Below are positions 9,660 through 18,218 of a stretch of 64,000 nt of DNA, piece by piece. The stretch is from Deltaproteobacteria bacterium (GTDB taxonomy: Bacteria > Desulfobacterota > Binatia > UBA9968 > JAJDTQ01). Location: positions 10,234 to 74,233 of the forward strand of contig JAPOPM010000098.1 in assembly GCA_026712905.1 (NCBI GenBank). Direction: 5' to 3'. The notes beneath the pieces are model-generated. The model saw only the letters and a list, made by a program, of their open reading frames with translations. It made no database searches and was not told where the DNA came from. The translations under genes and the position numbers were made by a program. How positions within the stretch are numbered: position 1 is the first letter of the stretch; each line of letters opens with the position of its first letter.

Positions 9660-9848
9660 TTGGATCCGCTCCTGGGTGAGGGGATGGTGGAGTTCAAGGC
9701 CGTCAAGCAGACCTTCACGAACGGCGTTCGGCGCATTCAGGAAGCGGCCCTGATGGGCGTGGGCCTGGTGGACTCGCCCAGCTACGCGGGCAGTCTCGCG
9801 GAAGTGCGACGCCGGGACCGGGCACGGAGGCGGCGCGTATGGCTGTGA
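9660..9848 (+). pseudogene. 3' fragment of an HK97-type prohead protease gene
   Basis: VEFKAVKQTFTNGVRRIQEAALMGVGLVDSPSYAGS matches the HK97 protease C-terminus pattern (S.EF......R.I.EA.L..V.LV..P.Y); N-terminus absent. Confidence 0.6.
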
Positions 9849-10741
9849 CGTTGACCGGGGCCGCCTTGGCCGAAGCCTTGGCCGTGAATCAGGCGCTTGC
9901 GGATCGGCTCTTGCCCGTCGTGACAGCCTTGGTGGATATGCACGTCATTCGGCTGGACGGCACGGGCCGCGTCCGGCTGATTCCCGCGTCAAGCGGGCAC
10001 TGGGAGGGCTCGCACGATCCGGCAAGCTGGACGGTCCGGGCGACGGTTTACGGGCCGAGCACCAGCACGACATGGAATCTCCCGGCGGCGGCCGTGGTGT
10101 TCGTCCGCTGGGGCGGCACGCCGGGGCAACCATACGTCGGCACCGGGCCAACGTCGTGGGCACACACGTCAACGCGCTTGATGGCCGAAGCCGAGCGGTC
10201 CCTGGCGGACGAAGCGGGCGGGCCGCTGGCGAACCTTCTTGCGGTTCCACAGGATGGCGGCGACGGCGACGAAAGCGACCCGCTGGCGGCGCTGAAAGCC
10301 GACATTCGCACGGCTCGCGGCAAGGCGCTTCTCGTGGAGACTTCGGCGGCCGGTTGGGGCGAAGGTCGGGGCGCGGCGCCGGCTCGCGACTGGCAGGCGT
10401 CCAGGTTGGGGCCGATGCCCCCGGACAGCATGGTCAAGGCGGCTGACAGCGCGTTCTCGCGCGTCCTGGCTGCCTGCGGTATGCCCCCGTCCCTGTTCCT
10501 GGACAGCGACGGCACAAGTCAGCGAGAAACCGTCCGGCGCTGGCACTTGAACACGGTGTTGCCGCTGGCCCGGCTGGTCGAGCACGAGTTGACCGAGAAG
10601 CTGGCGGAGCCGGTCCAGCTCCAGTTCGACACCTACGCTATGGACATGGTGAGCCGGGCGCAGGTGGTCAGCAAGTTGACGGCGGCCGGCGTGGCCCTGC
10701 CCGTGGCGCTGGAAGCCGTCGGCCTGGGAGGTGACTTATGA
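9839..10741 (+). CDS. Phage portal-like protein (C-terminal part) with a head-tail-connector-like N-terminus; probable deletion chimera
   Basis: C-terminal VLAACGMPPSLF..SQRETVRRW..TVLPLARLVEHELTEKL..VQLQFD..DMVSRAQVVSKL is portal-like; first ~35 aa (AALAEAL...ADRLLPVVTALV) resemble connector N-termini; 300 aa is short for a portal. Confidence 0.6.
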   Translation: MAVTLTGAALAEALAVNQALADRLLPVVTALVDMHVIRLDGTGRVRLIPASSGHWEGSHDPASWTVRATVYGPSTSTTWNLPAAAVVFVRWGGTPGQPYVGTGPTSWAHTSTRLMAEAERSLADEAGGPLANLLAVPQDGGDGDESDPLAALKADIRTARGKALLVETSAAGWGEGRGAAPARDWQASRLGPMPPDSMVKAADSAFSRVLAACGMPPSLFLDSDGTSQRETVRRWHLNTVLPLARLVEHELTEKLAEPVQLQFDTYAMDMVSRAQVVSKLTAAGVALPVALEAVGLGGDL

Positions 10742-10824
10742 TTTCGCTCTGCGCGGACTGCTGTAGACCGCTGCCCCCGTCCGGCGTGTGTCTGAACTGC
10801 ACGCAACCCCGCCCGGCGAAGTGA
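10738..10824 (+). CDS. 28-aa CxxC...CxxC micro-protein (not in ORF track)
   Basis: MISLCADCCRPLPPSGVCLNCTQPRPAK; ATGA overlap with the portal stop and GTGA overlap with the next ORF; GGAGG upstream. Confidence 0.45.
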   Translation: MISLCADCCRPLPPSGVCLNCTQPRPAK

Positions 10825-11006
10825 AGCCGCGCGGCCTGCCAAGCCCGGAGACCGGCTGGCACACGAGACCGGCGAATGACTGCCCGCGCGACTTCAAGGT
10901 CACGGGCCGAGTTCGCACCGTCCACGGGCGCACCGTCCACCTATGGGAACACCGGAACCCCGACGGCGTTGCCGTCTGGAAAACGAAACAGCCGATCCGT
11001 GAGTGA
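10821..11006 (+). CDS. Small hypothetical phage-like protein (61 aa)
   Basis: GTG start overlapping the previous stop; in frame with track ORF 10788-11006. Confidence 0.4.
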   Translation: MKPRGLPSPETGWHTRPANDCPRDFKVTGRVRTVHGRTVHLWEHRNPDGVAVWKTKQPIRE

Positions 11007-11023
11007 CCCGTCGGCGAACGGAT

Positions 11024-11683
11024 TCAAGGGTTGGAGGATTTCTTGTTTGTGGTGGATGCGTCCTTGGCCAGTTGGACACGTTTGGGAAGCGAGAATGTGT
11101 AAACGAGAAACAAATTTGTAAAGTCGCTTAGTTGAGCCACCTTGGTTTTGTCAAAGTTTTCCCCGTGAACTGCCTCATTGCCATCTAAACGAATACGATC
11201 TGCCAAGCCCCGTAGTTCTGGAGTGATCTTCCCCGCCTTCTCCAGGTAGACGATGCGGTCATAAAGCGTCATGTCTTTCTTGTCCGGGGCGAGGCGCTTT
11301 GTCGCTATGTCGAGGACTCGTCTGAACATTATCCCCGCGCTTGTGAGTTTCGCGTCGCGGAGATTTTCTAATCCCTCTACATAGTCCTTGGCGAGTTTGC
11401 ACGGGACATGGGCAGGTGCCTCCAGTCTGGCTGGAGAAGGGTAAACAGCGTTAATCCGGAAACCATCAGTTCGTGGGTCGCCGATGCAATTTATGGGGTC
11501 TAAGTCGCCGCCGATAACTGCAAAGAATCTTACGACCATGCCCCCGTGACAGTGGCGGCACACGAAAAGGGTGTTCCACTGGGGGATCGCCTCTTCTTCA
11601 TCAGAGAAGTATTGTGAACCGTGGCATGTGAAGGCGGTCCTTGAGGCCGCGCAATGGGGACAGTCGTGGATAAGTTCGGCCAT
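11024..11683 (-). CDS. DUF4145 domain protein with N-terminal Zn-ribbon (island cargo)
   Basis: CPHC..CRHC; SAGIMFRRVLD...L..RI..L...G.I...IRLDGNEAVH signature; lower GC. Confidence 0.85.
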   Translation of the reverse strand: MAELIHDCPHCAASRTAFTCHGSQYFSDEEEAIPQWNTLFVCRHCHGGMVVRFFAVIGGDLDPINCIGDPRTDGFRINAVYPSPARLEAPAHVPCKLAKDYVEGLENLRDAKLTSAGIMFRRVLDIATKRLAPDKKDMTLYDRIVYLEKAGKITPELRGLADRIRLDGNEAVHGENFDKTKVAQLSDFTNLFLVYTFSLPKRVQLAKDASTTNKKSSNP

Positions 11684-11691
11684 TGTATCTG

Positions 11692-11758
11692 TGGTGACCT
11701 ATTGGTGACTTATCGCTTTCTCCGTTCCCGCCGATCCCGCCTAACCCCTTGATTTTGT
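11692..11758. other. att-junction architecture: arm-type direct repeats plus IHF site next to the tRNA 3' end
   Basis: TGGTGAC x2 at 11-bp spacing (11692, 11703); 11742-11754 reverse complement AATCAAGGGGTTA matches the IHF consensus WATCAANNNNTTR exactly. Confidence 0.6.
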
Positions 11759-11834
11759 TGGTGAGCCGTGTCGGGCTCGAACCGACGACCCTCTGCTTAA
11801 AAGGCAGATGCTCTACCTGCTGAGCTAACGGCTC
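11759..11834 (-). tRNA. tRNA-Lys (anticodon TTT)
   Basis: Reverse complement GAGCCGTTAGCTCAGCAGGTAGAGCATCTGCCTTTTAAGCAGAGGGTCGTCGGTTCGAGCCCGACACGGCTCACCA; full cloverleaf with encoded CCA. Confidence 0.97.
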
Positions 11835-12012
11835 GTGGTGGGCGATGCGGCGGTGCCGGACGGGACTCCGGCCGATGCCTTGGTTTTAATGTACCAGAGG
11901 GGCGCCGCGACGGGCAAGGCGGGTATGGCGGGCCATCCTCGTCACAAGTGTTGCGTTCTGGTAGTGAACAACGGAAGAAGATGGGACCGCCGAGCCGAGA
12001 GGAGATATCCTA

Positions 12013-13101
12013 ATGCTTTTGATCGCCGACCCTGACGTGCAACAGGTCCTTCGGGTGGAGGACATCATCGACGACATGGAGCGGGCCTTTGCCGAGGAGG
12101 CGCGGGGGATCGCGGTCAACAAGCCGCGTACGCGCTACAAGGTGCCGCCAGACCCCGATTCCGACGGTTACATGGCAAACATCATTCCGGGTGCGGTGCC
12201 GAGTTCCGGGGTGGCGGCGCTGCGCTACGACTCCATGGTGGTGCGGGAGCGGATGGTGGAGGGGCTCAAGCGCATGGACTATCCGTATCCGGCGCGCCGG
12301 AGCTGGGGCTTCGTTTTGTTGTTCAACCTGGAGGACGCGGAACCACTCGCTATCATTCACGACTTCAGCCTGTCCGCGATCCGGGTGGGCGCCACCACCG
12401 GCGTGGCGACCCGGGCGCTGTCGCGGGAGGACAGCCGGGTGGTGGGGTTGTTCGGCTCGGGCAACGAGGCGGTGCAGAATCTGGCGGCGATCTGCGCGGT
12501 GCGGGACGTGCGCGAGGTGCGCGTATACAGCGTCACCAAGGAGCACCGGGAACGGTTCGCCATGGAGATGACGGGCCGGCTCGATATCCAGGTGCGCCCG
12601 GTGGACAACGCCCGGGCGGTGGTGGAAGGCGCGGACATCGTCATGTGCGCCACCAACGCCAGCACGCCGGTGTTCGATGGCGATTGGCTGGTGCCCGGCC
12701 AGTTGGTCACAACCATCGTCAACACCGACGGAGTGCATCGCCGCACCGAGGCGGATGCCACCACCTTCACGCGGGCGGATCTCGTCGTGCTCAACAACAA
12801 GGAGACCTCCCTGCACAACCAGCAGCGCGAGATGCTCGACCTCATCGACGAGGGCAAGATCGGCTGGGACAAGATCTGCGAGCTGGGGCAGGTTCTCATC
12901 GGCGAGAACCCCGGCCGCAAGAGCGCGGACGACATCATTTATTACAAGAGCAACACCGGGGTCGGCATACAGTTCGCCGCCGCGGGCGCGGTGATCTACG
13001 AGGAGTGCAAGAAGAGGGGGCTCGGCCGCGAGCTGCCCACCGAGTGGTTCGGCGCGGACCTGGGCGAGTGGCTGGACAAGGGCTACTCGCCGTCGCCGTA
13101 G
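12013..13101 (+). CDS. Ornithine cyclodeaminase/mu-crystallin family protein
   Basis: SAIRVGATTGVA, GLFGSGNEA, ADIVMCATNA..PVFDG.WL.PG, YKSNTGVGIQF. Confidence 0.9.
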   Translation: MLLIADPDVQQVLRVEDIIDDMERAFAEEARGIAVNKPRTRYKVPPDPDSDGYMANIIPGAVPSSGVAALRYDSMVVRERMVEGLKRMDYPYPARRSWGFVLLFNLEDAEPLAIIHDFSLSAIRVGATTGVATRALSREDSRVVGLFGSGNEAVQNLAAICAVRDVREVRVYSVTKEHRERFAMEMTGRLDIQVRPVDNARAVVEGADIVMCATNASTPVFDGDWLVPGQLVTTIVNTDGVHRRTEADATTFTRADLVVLNNKETSLHNQQREMLDLIDEGKIGWDKICELGQVLIGENPGRKSADDIIYYKSNTGVGIQFAAAGAVIYEECKKRGLGRELPTEWFGADLGEWLDKGYSPSP

Positions 13102-13124
13102 GCGGGATTGGCAGGAGGATTCGT

Positions 13125-14099
13125 ATGATCGTCGATTTCCAACATCACTACGTACCCAAGGAGATCGCCCAGAAGCACGGGCTCTATTCCGAGACGCCGT
13201 CCTTCGCCAAGCTCGACACCGGCGTGCCGCGGCTGACCATGCACGCGCGGCTCTACGACGCCGAGATGCAGCTCCGGGACATGGACGACGCCGGGGTGGA
13301 CGTGTCGGTGCTCTCCTGTCTCCTGGGTTGGGACGCCACCCTGGAGGACAACCGCGCCATCAACGACAGCCTGGCGGAGTTGCAGCGTCGCTATCCGGAC
13401 CGCTTCGTCGGCTTGGCGCAGGCGCCGCTCCTGGGCGGCGCGCCCGCCATGGCCGAGTTCGACCGGGCCGTCGGCGAACTGGGGCTCCACGGCGTCGCCA
13501 CAACCTCCCAGTTCCGCGGCCTGCCGCTGGACTCCGAGCAGCTATTTCCGTTCTACGAGAAGGTCAGCGCCCTGGACGTGCCCGTCTTCGTCCATCCCGC
13601 CATGGTGCCCGAGGGCTACGGGCTGCTGCTGGACTACGACCTGGCGCGCATCCTGGGCCGGGAGGTGGACCTGGCGGTGGCCGCCACGCGCATCGTCGCC
13701 GGTGGCGTGCTGGAGCGCTTTCCCGACCTCAAGTTCGTCATCGGCCACTTCGGCGGCGGCATCGCCGGCGTGAAGGACCGGCTGGTGGCCAAGGCCTATC
13801 GCTTCGGCACGCTGGACAAGCCCTTCGAGCATTACTTCGACATGCTCTACTTCGACATGGCGGGCTTCGAAGGGGGCACCGTGGCGTTGGGCTGCGCTTT
13901 CCAGGGGATCCGTTCCGACCGGATGGTGTTCGCCACCGACTATCCCCAGGACTTTACCGGTGTCAGTACGGATACGGGCAAGGGCATGACCGCGCTCAGG
14001 GAATACATCGACGCCATCCGGGGCCTGCCGTTGACCGACGCCGAGAAGGACGCGATCATGGGCGGCACGGCGGCGAAGCTGTTGAAGCTGGATTCGTGA
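13125..14099 (+). CDS. Amidohydrolase_2 family metal-dependent hydrolase/decarboxylase
   Basis: VDFQHH, FVHP, HFGGG, FATDYP motifs; GGAGG RBS before ATG 13125. Confidence 0.9.
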   Translation: MIVDFQHHYVPKEIAQKHGLYSETPSFAKLDTGVPRLTMHARLYDAEMQLRDMDDAGVDVSVLSCLLGWDATLEDNRAINDSLAELQRRYPDRFVGLAQAPLLGGAPAMAEFDRAVGELGLHGVATTSQFRGLPLDSEQLFPFYEKVSALDVPVFVHPAMVPEGYGLLLDYDLARILGREVDLAVAATRIVAGGVLERFPDLKFVIGHFGGGIAGVKDRLVAKAYRFGTLDKPFEHYFDMLYFDMAGFEGGTVALGCAFQGIRSDRMVFATDYPQDFTGVSTDTGKGMTALREYIDAIRGLPLTDAEKDAIMGGTAAKLLKLDS

Positions 14100-14139
14100 C
14101 GGCCGGGGGGCAACGCTCCGGCGCACGGACCACGGTATC

Positions 14140-14358
14140 ATGATCGTCGACATCGACCTCGAGAAGTGCACGAGTTGCGGAGACTGTGACCCGGTCTGCC
14201 CCGCGGACATCATCCACATGGAAGAGCAGGGCGGACGGCTCGTGCCCGTGCTCAAGCACGTGGAGCACTGCGTGACCTGCTTCAACTGCGAGATCTTCTG
14301 CCCGGTGCAGTGTATCGACGTCCATCCCATCGTGAGGCGCCGGCCGCTTCCGTGGTAA
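14140..14358 (+). CDS. 2x[4Fe-4S] ferredoxin (AprB-like small subunit)
   Basis: CTSCGDCDPVCP and CVTCFNCEIFCP. Confidence 0.9.
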   Translation: MIVDIDLEKCTSCGDCDPVCPADIIHMEEQGGRLVPVLKHVEHCVTCFNCEIFCPVQCIDVHPIVRRRPLPW

Positions 14359-14431
14359 CTTGGGCTCACCGCGCTGGCCGGACGAATCTCGAAGCCCACC
14401 ACGATGCGCCGCTTCGCTCCCGCACTTGAAG

Positions 14432-16102
14432 ATGCTTGACACGATCGGCAGACTCATCGACACGGACGTGCTCGTCGTCGGCGCGGGCGCCGGCGGGCTC
14501 TGGGCCGCGCTGAGCGCCAAGCGGCACCTTCCCGACGGCCGCGTCACCCTGCTCGACGCCCACATGGTGGGACGCACCGGACACACCGCCTTCTCCAACG
14601 CGTGGATGGTGGTGGTGACCCCCGAGGACGATCTCGACGCCTGCGTGCGCGACATCGTGGAGGGAAACGAGTGGATCGCCGAGCAGGAACTGATCCACGA
14701 GGTCCTGTCCGTCTCTCACTTCCAGTTGCTCGAGATGGAGAAGATGGGGCTCGTGTTCCCCAAGGAGGACGGCGAGTTTGTGCGCCGGCCCACGCGCGGC
14801 CTCAAGATCACCAAGGTACTCAAGCCCGACGGCGGCGGGCTGGAATACTGCTGGCGTCTGCGCAAGGCGCTGGAGGCCGAGGGCGTGGACCTGCTGGAGC
14901 GAGTCTTCGTCACGGATCTCGCCCGGGATGACGACGGGCGCGTGACCGGCGCCTACGGCATCGACGGGCGCACGGGCGAGTTCGTCATCGTGCGCGCCGG
15001 GGCCACCGTGCTGGCCACCAACAGCGTCACGTTCCGCGCCGGCTTTGTCCGGGACCTCACCGGCACCGGCACCCACCTGGCCTACGCCGCGGGCGCGGTG
15101 CTCACCAACGCCGAGTTCGGTTATCTCCGGCCGGGCACCCCCAAGTTCTATTTCGAGGGCATCACCTTCGCCATCCAGGACGGCGCCCGCTTCGTCAACG
15201 CCCAGGGCGAGCCGTTCATGGAACACTACGAACCCGACTGGGCGGACCGGGCCGACGTGCAGGCGCTGAGCAAAGCCATGGTGCAGGAGAAGAAAGAGGG
15301 GAGAAGCCCTCTCTACCTGGACATGTCACTCATCCCGGAAGAGGAGCGCGGCCAATACCTGCAAAGCTCGGTGGCGTGGATGGACTATTTCTTCCGCAAG
15401 CTCGGCGACCGCGCGCGCATCGACATGTTCGGCAGGACGGAGTACTACCCGCTGTTCCAGATGACCAAGATGGGAATCAAGACCGACGCCTCGTGCCGCT
15501 CCTCGGTCCCGGGCCTCCTGGCCGCCGGACTGGCACAGGCAAGCTGCGCGAGCCACTTCGCCGGCTTCCACATCGGCGCCTGCAACGGCACCGGCTGGAT
15601 CGCCGGCAGGAGCGCCGCGGACGACGCCCGCCGATTCGATGGGCCGCGGGTGTCCGAGGGACAGGCCCGTTCGGTCAAGGCGGAAGTCCTGGCGGGTTGG
15701 CGCGGCGGCGACGAGAAGAGCGACGACGACCTGCTGCGCGCGCTCCAGTCCCTCATCTTCCCGTACGAGGTCTCCATTCTGAAGCACGAAACCCGCATGC
15801 GGCAGGCACTGGAAGAGCTGGACGCCATCGCCGAACGCGGCGCCCAAAGCCGCGCCGCCCACGTCCACGGATTCGTGCGCCTGCGCGAGACCCGATGCAT
15901 GGTCGAGACCGCCCGGCTGATGCTGGAAGCGTCGCTGCTGCGGCGCGAGAGCCGCATGAGCCACCTGCGCGAGGACTTTCCCGACCGCGACGACGAGTCT
16001 TGGCTCAAGTGGATCCTGATCGAGAAGGCAGGGAACCAACCCCGCCTGTGGAGCGAACCCATCGCGACACCCCTCGTGCCGCCGCCGACTTCCTCCAATT
16101 AA
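14432..16102 (+). CDS. FAD-dependent oxidoreductase, SdhA/FrdA/AprA/NadB family
   Basis: DVLVVGAGAGG, A.ATVLAT, PGLLAAG, C-terminal SLLRRESRMSHLREDFPDRDD..WLK; start codon uncertain. Confidence 0.88.
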   Translation: MLDTIGRLIDTDVLVVGAGAGGLWAALSAKRHLPDGRVTLLDAHMVGRTGHTAFSNAWMVVVTPEDDLDACVRDIVEGNEWIAEQELIHEVLSVSHFQLLEMEKMGLVFPKEDGEFVRRPTRGLKITKVLKPDGGGLEYCWRLRKALEAEGVDLLERVFVTDLARDDDGRVTGAYGIDGRTGEFVIVRAGATVLATNSVTFRAGFVRDLTGTGTHLAYAAGAVLTNAEFGYLRPGTPKFYFEGITFAIQDGARFVNAQGEPFMEHYEPDWADRADVQALSKAMVQEKKEGRSPLYLDMSLIPEEERGQYLQSSVAWMDYFFRKLGDRARIDMFGRTEYYPLFQMTKMGIKTDASCRSSVPGLLAAGLAQASCASHFAGFHIGACNGTGWIAGRSAADDARRFDGPRVSEGQARSVKAEVLAGWRGGDEKSDDDLLRALQSLIFPYEVSILKHETRMRQALEELDAIAERGAQSRAAHVHGFVRLRETRCMVETARLMLEASLLRRESRMSHLREDFPDRDDESWLKWILIEKAGNQPRLWSEPIATPLVPPPTSSN

Positions 16103-16114
16103 CCAGACACCACA

Positions 16115-17230
16115 CTAAAAGAGGTCCGGGAACAAATCCTCCGGTATCTCTCGCCCTATTCCCTGGCTGACGGCGGCCTCGTAAACCTTGCCGGCGAGGG
16201 CGGCGAACTGCAGGCCGAAGCCGACGCTGTTGTTGAAGCAGGTGATCTGCTCGGAGTCGGTGCGGCCGGGGTGGCGATTGAGGAGGAGGTCGGGCAGGTC
16301 CGGGGTGTGGGCCCAGTCGATGTCCACGGCGTCGCCGGGCGGGTAGCCTTTGTCGATGTCCAGCAGAACCTGCTGGGGCAGGGGGCCCTTGTCGTTCTTG
16401 GCGACGAAGACCGTCGGCCCGAGGTTGTCCCTGGAGTTGACCGCGAGCACGTCGAAGCGGCCGAAGGTGTCCGGCGCGATCTCGCAGTGGCGCACCGAGC
16501 ACACGTACATGCCGGGTTCCAGCCATGCGGTCTGGATCACCGGCGTCAGGGCGTTCGTGGCGATGATGACGATGTCGCTGCCGCGCATGGCTTCCTCGGC
16601 GCTGTGGACGGCCGATACGTCCGGGCAATTCTCCCACCGCGGGTCCTCGACAAAACGCTTCCGGTGCTCCGGGTTGGGACTGAAAACCCGTATCGACTTG
16701 ATCCCGTCGGTAACGTTCAGCATGGCGTCCACGTGCGCCCCAGCCATGAAACCGGTCCCCAACACGCCCACGGTGGCGGCGTCGGGTTTGGCAAGATACC
16801 GAGCCGCGAGACCCGCCGCGGCACCTACCCGGAGATTGCGGATGTGCCCTTCGCTGACCATGGCCAGCAAGTCGCCGTTCTCCAGGCTGAAGAGGAAGAG
16901 CAAGCCGCGCGTGACGCTGTGGGACCGCCGGGTGCCCGGGGTCCGGTCGCGGCGAAAGCTGCCGTCGCGCTCCTGCCAGAAGAGTTTGTCGGTGAGGAAG
17001 CGGATGGCGGCGTACTTCTGCGTGGCCGCGGACATGGTCTTCAGGCTGTGGGCGCCGGGCAACGTGTTGCCGTTGCCGTCCACGTAGGAGTCGGGGGTGA
17101 GCAGGTCGATGCGGGGACTCGTGATGGCGGCTCCCGTGCCCAGGTCCCGATAGACTTCCTCGAGCACCGCCAGACTCGTGGGCATGTCGAGAAGCCGTTC
17201 GGCGTCGTGATGGTCGATTGCGAGTATCAT
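16115..17230 (-). CDS. Ornithine cyclodeaminase/mu-crystallin family protein
   Basis: NLRVGAAAGLAARYLA, VGVLGTGFMA, SDIVIIATNA, FNNSVGFGLQF; start MILAID with GGAG RBS. Confidence 0.88.
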   Translation of the reverse strand: MILAIDHHDAERLLDMPTSLAVLEEVYRDLGTGAAITSPRIDLLTPDSYVDGNGNTLPGAHSLKTMSAATQKYAAIRFLTDKLFWQERDGSFRRDRTPGTRRSHSVTRGLLFLFSLENGDLLAMVSEGHIRNLRVGAAAGLAARYLAKPDAATVGVLGTGFMAGAHVDAMLNVTDGIKSIRVFSPNPEHRKRFVEDPRWENCPDVSAVHSAEEAMRGSDIVIIATNALTPVIQTAWLEPGMYVCSVRHCEIAPDTFGRFDVLAVNSRDNLGPTVFVAKNDKGPLPQQVLLDIDKGYPPGDAVDIDWAHTPDLPDLLLNRHPGRTDSEQITCFNNSVGFGLQFAALAGKVYEAAVSQGIGREIPEDLFPDLF

Positions 17231-17523
17231 TGCCACTCCTCTGACGGAATGCCCGGTATGTCCGGCCGGGCCCCGAAACGCGCCGATGATCCCGGAATGG
17301 TCCGGCGTTGTCAAGGCCGTCGTGCGTCGCGCGGGCTCATGCGTCGGGAAGCGTTCCCTAATCATGCTAAAAACTCAATGACACATAGCCGAAACGATAT
17401 TCATGATTGCCTTCTTGCCCGCGTTTCCTCTATGATTCTCGGGTGCCTTTATGTATAATCGCTCCGCCAATGCCGTTGTGGCTGGCAAGAGGTGTCGTAG
17501 GCACTCACAAGAGGAGGTGTGAA

Positions 17524-18090
17524 ATGGCACTTGATCCGGCAACCACCAGCAGCACGTTCGACCGTTACATCGAGGAACTCCGCGCGCTGTGGAAGGACAG
17601 CAACGACGCGAATCTCCCCTTCAAGGTGCAGGCCGCCATGGAACGGATGCTCGCATCCACCAGTCCCGACGATCCCTGGATTGCGGAGATCATCCGTGAC
17701 GCGCAGCCGTCGCGGGAGCTTTACCGGGATCCGGAGTACGGCTTCGTCCAGATGGGTCACGTGCATCCCCAGGGACACGGTAACCTGCCCCATGACCACG
17801 GCCCGTGCTGGGTGGTCTACGGCGCCTACCAGGGACTCACGGAGATCAGCCTCTACGAGCGCGTCGACGACGGCAAGAACGCGGAGAAGGCGGATATGCA
17901 CACCAAGGAAGTGCACAAGCTGGGACCCGGCGTCGTCTACCCCTATTTGACGGGGCAAATCCATTCGACGCATGCGGCGGAGACGCCCGCGGTGGTCTTC
18001 CGGTTCCTGAGCGCGGATCTGACCAAGATCCTGCGCCGGCGCTACAACCTGGAGAGCGGCGAGGTGTCGCTCATCGAGCCGCAGCCCTAA
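17524..18090 (+). CDS. Cysteine-dioxygenase-like cupin (putative metal-dependent thiol dioxygenase)
   Basis: PHDHGPCWVVYGAYQG.TE and GQIHS resemble the CDO/3-mercaptopropionate dioxygenase 3-His motif; GAGGAGG RBS. Confidence 0.6.
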   Translation: MALDPATTSSTFDRYIEELRALWKDSNDANLPFKVQAAMERMLASTSPDDPWIAEIIRDAQPSRELYRDPEYGFVQMGHVHPQGHGNLPHDHGPCWVVYGAYQGLTEISLYERVDDGKNAEKADMHTKEVHKLGPGVVYPYLTGQIHSTHAAETPAVVFRFLSADLTKILRRRYNLESGEVSLIEPQP

Positions 18091-18218
18091 GCGGTTTTCG
18101 GTCCGAATCCAGCCCTCGCGGCCGCGGGACGCGCTCGGCGGCCACGAGGAACGTGGCACTGATCCACGCGTAAAATCGCAGGCCGGGTCTCCGTCCGAGC
18201 CGGAAGGAGTTGGAACGC

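Noticed and set aside
7560-9660. Second att copy (duplicated tRNA-Lys 3' end) marking the far island boundary
   Set aside because: Only 7-8 bp matches (TGGTGAG at ~7388, ~7707 within a CDS, ~9406); too short to call, so the left boundary is undefined.
14140-16102. True adenylylsulfate reductase (aprBA)
   Set aside because: The ferredoxin lacks the long AprB C-terminal tail, the flavoprotein lacks AprA signatures, and no sat/qmo genes are nearby.
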